Assembly: GCF_026210795.1 (NCBI RefSeq)
Contig: NC_089435.1
Location: 4,216,001 to 4,280,000, forward strand
Direction: 5' to 3'
Source of the DNA: Rhizophagus irregularis
Taxonomy: Eukaryota
Length of the DNA stretch: 64,000 bases
Shown here piece by piece: positions 63,429 to 64,000 of this stretch. The notes under the pieces were generated by a model. That model was not told where the DNA came from. It worked only from the letters and a program-made list of their open reading frames with translations, and did not search any database. Every line of letters begins with the position of its first letter. Position 1 is the first letter of the stretch. A program made the position numbers and the translations under genes.

Positions 63429-64000
63429 GGGTCTGGACGACTGGTTCATTTCACCGACAATCATTTCACCGACAAAGATATTTTAAAGAATAAATGAGAT
63501 ATTTTATTATATAAACATTACAAGTTACCTATTAGTATAGTTTAAGTAAATATTTTCGGTGGTTCTATTGGATAATCAATGTGAATTCGTCTTACCGTTT
63601 GACGAAGTGCATCACGTGATGGATGATACGGGTAGACCGTAGACATCTTGCGATAACCTGTACAGGATTGTCATTTGTTTGTTGAGACCTCTCTTTTAAT
63701 AATTTGATAGTTTTTATAACTTTAACTCGGTTGGCTTCTGCAGATCAGTAGCTTTTTACAGGATGATGTTGAATTGTTGTTGCTCGTCCTTTGCAGTTTA
63801 ACATATCTCGCTTTTCACAATACCAATAGTACATATGATTTCTGTTTTTGTCTTTGACCATAATGAAGCCATCAATGAATATTAATTTTATGTTTATTAC
63901 GAATAAAAGGAGTAACCTCGCAAATATCCATTTCTTTAATTTCTTTAATGAAAGATGAGAATTTAATGAGAATAAAAAAAAAAAGATTTAATTTTATATA
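63429..64000 (-). mobile_element. MULE transposon remnant with FLYWCH-type N-terminus (runs off the window)
   Basis: From ATG 63931, across frameshifts: MDICEVTPFIRNKHK / IDGFIMVKDKNRNHMYYWYCEKRDMLNCKGRATT / AEANRVKVIKTIKLLKERSQQTNDNPVQVI / PSRDALRQTVRRI. Tandem catttcaccgac repeats at 63446-63474 look like a TIR end. Confidence 0.75.

Noticed and set aside
63360..63432. G-rich tract with ttaggg-like words as a telomere
   Set aside because: Only one exact TTAGGG, irregular spacing, and internal sequence continues.
1..64000. tRNA, rRNA or other structured ncRNA genes
   Set aside because: None recognised by eye; hairpins found are explained by MITE TIRs. tRNAscan-SE/Infernal were not run.

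Overview
Very AT-rich eukaryotic DNA with short GT-AG introns. The gene families and repeats look like an arbuscular mycorrhizal fungus (Glomeromycota, Rhizophagus-like); this is an inference from family content. The ORF track splits most genes into exon fragments, so I rebuilt gene models by hand. Left part (0.9-21 kb): four tandem minus-strand paralogs of a signal peptide + Kelch-repeat + single-TM protein (one largely intact, one with a 10-nt frameshift and a ~9x33-aa repeat tail, two pseudogenes). They are interleaved with an F-box/LRR-like gene, a MULE transposase remnant and a Crinkler remnant. Middle part (28-49.5 kb): five tandem 5-exon paralogs of a 4-TM protein with a CCxCxPLKxG N-terminus. 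Their putative external loops are hypervariable, and their C-terminal tails range from about 15 aa to over 400 aa through hierarchical repeat expansion of one terminal motif. This part also holds a frameshifted coiled-coil/glycine-zipper gene and a Crinkler pseudogene. Right part: an intact 6-exon K+/H+ antiporter (KHA1-like), a Helitron helicase remnant with minisatellites, and a FLYWCH/MULE remnant. Many MITEs are scattered throughout. The best candidate for an undescribed system is the pair of tandem membrane-protein arrays with variable ectodomains and independently expanding, Tyr/GQ-containing cytoplasmic repeat tails. No database searches were run.
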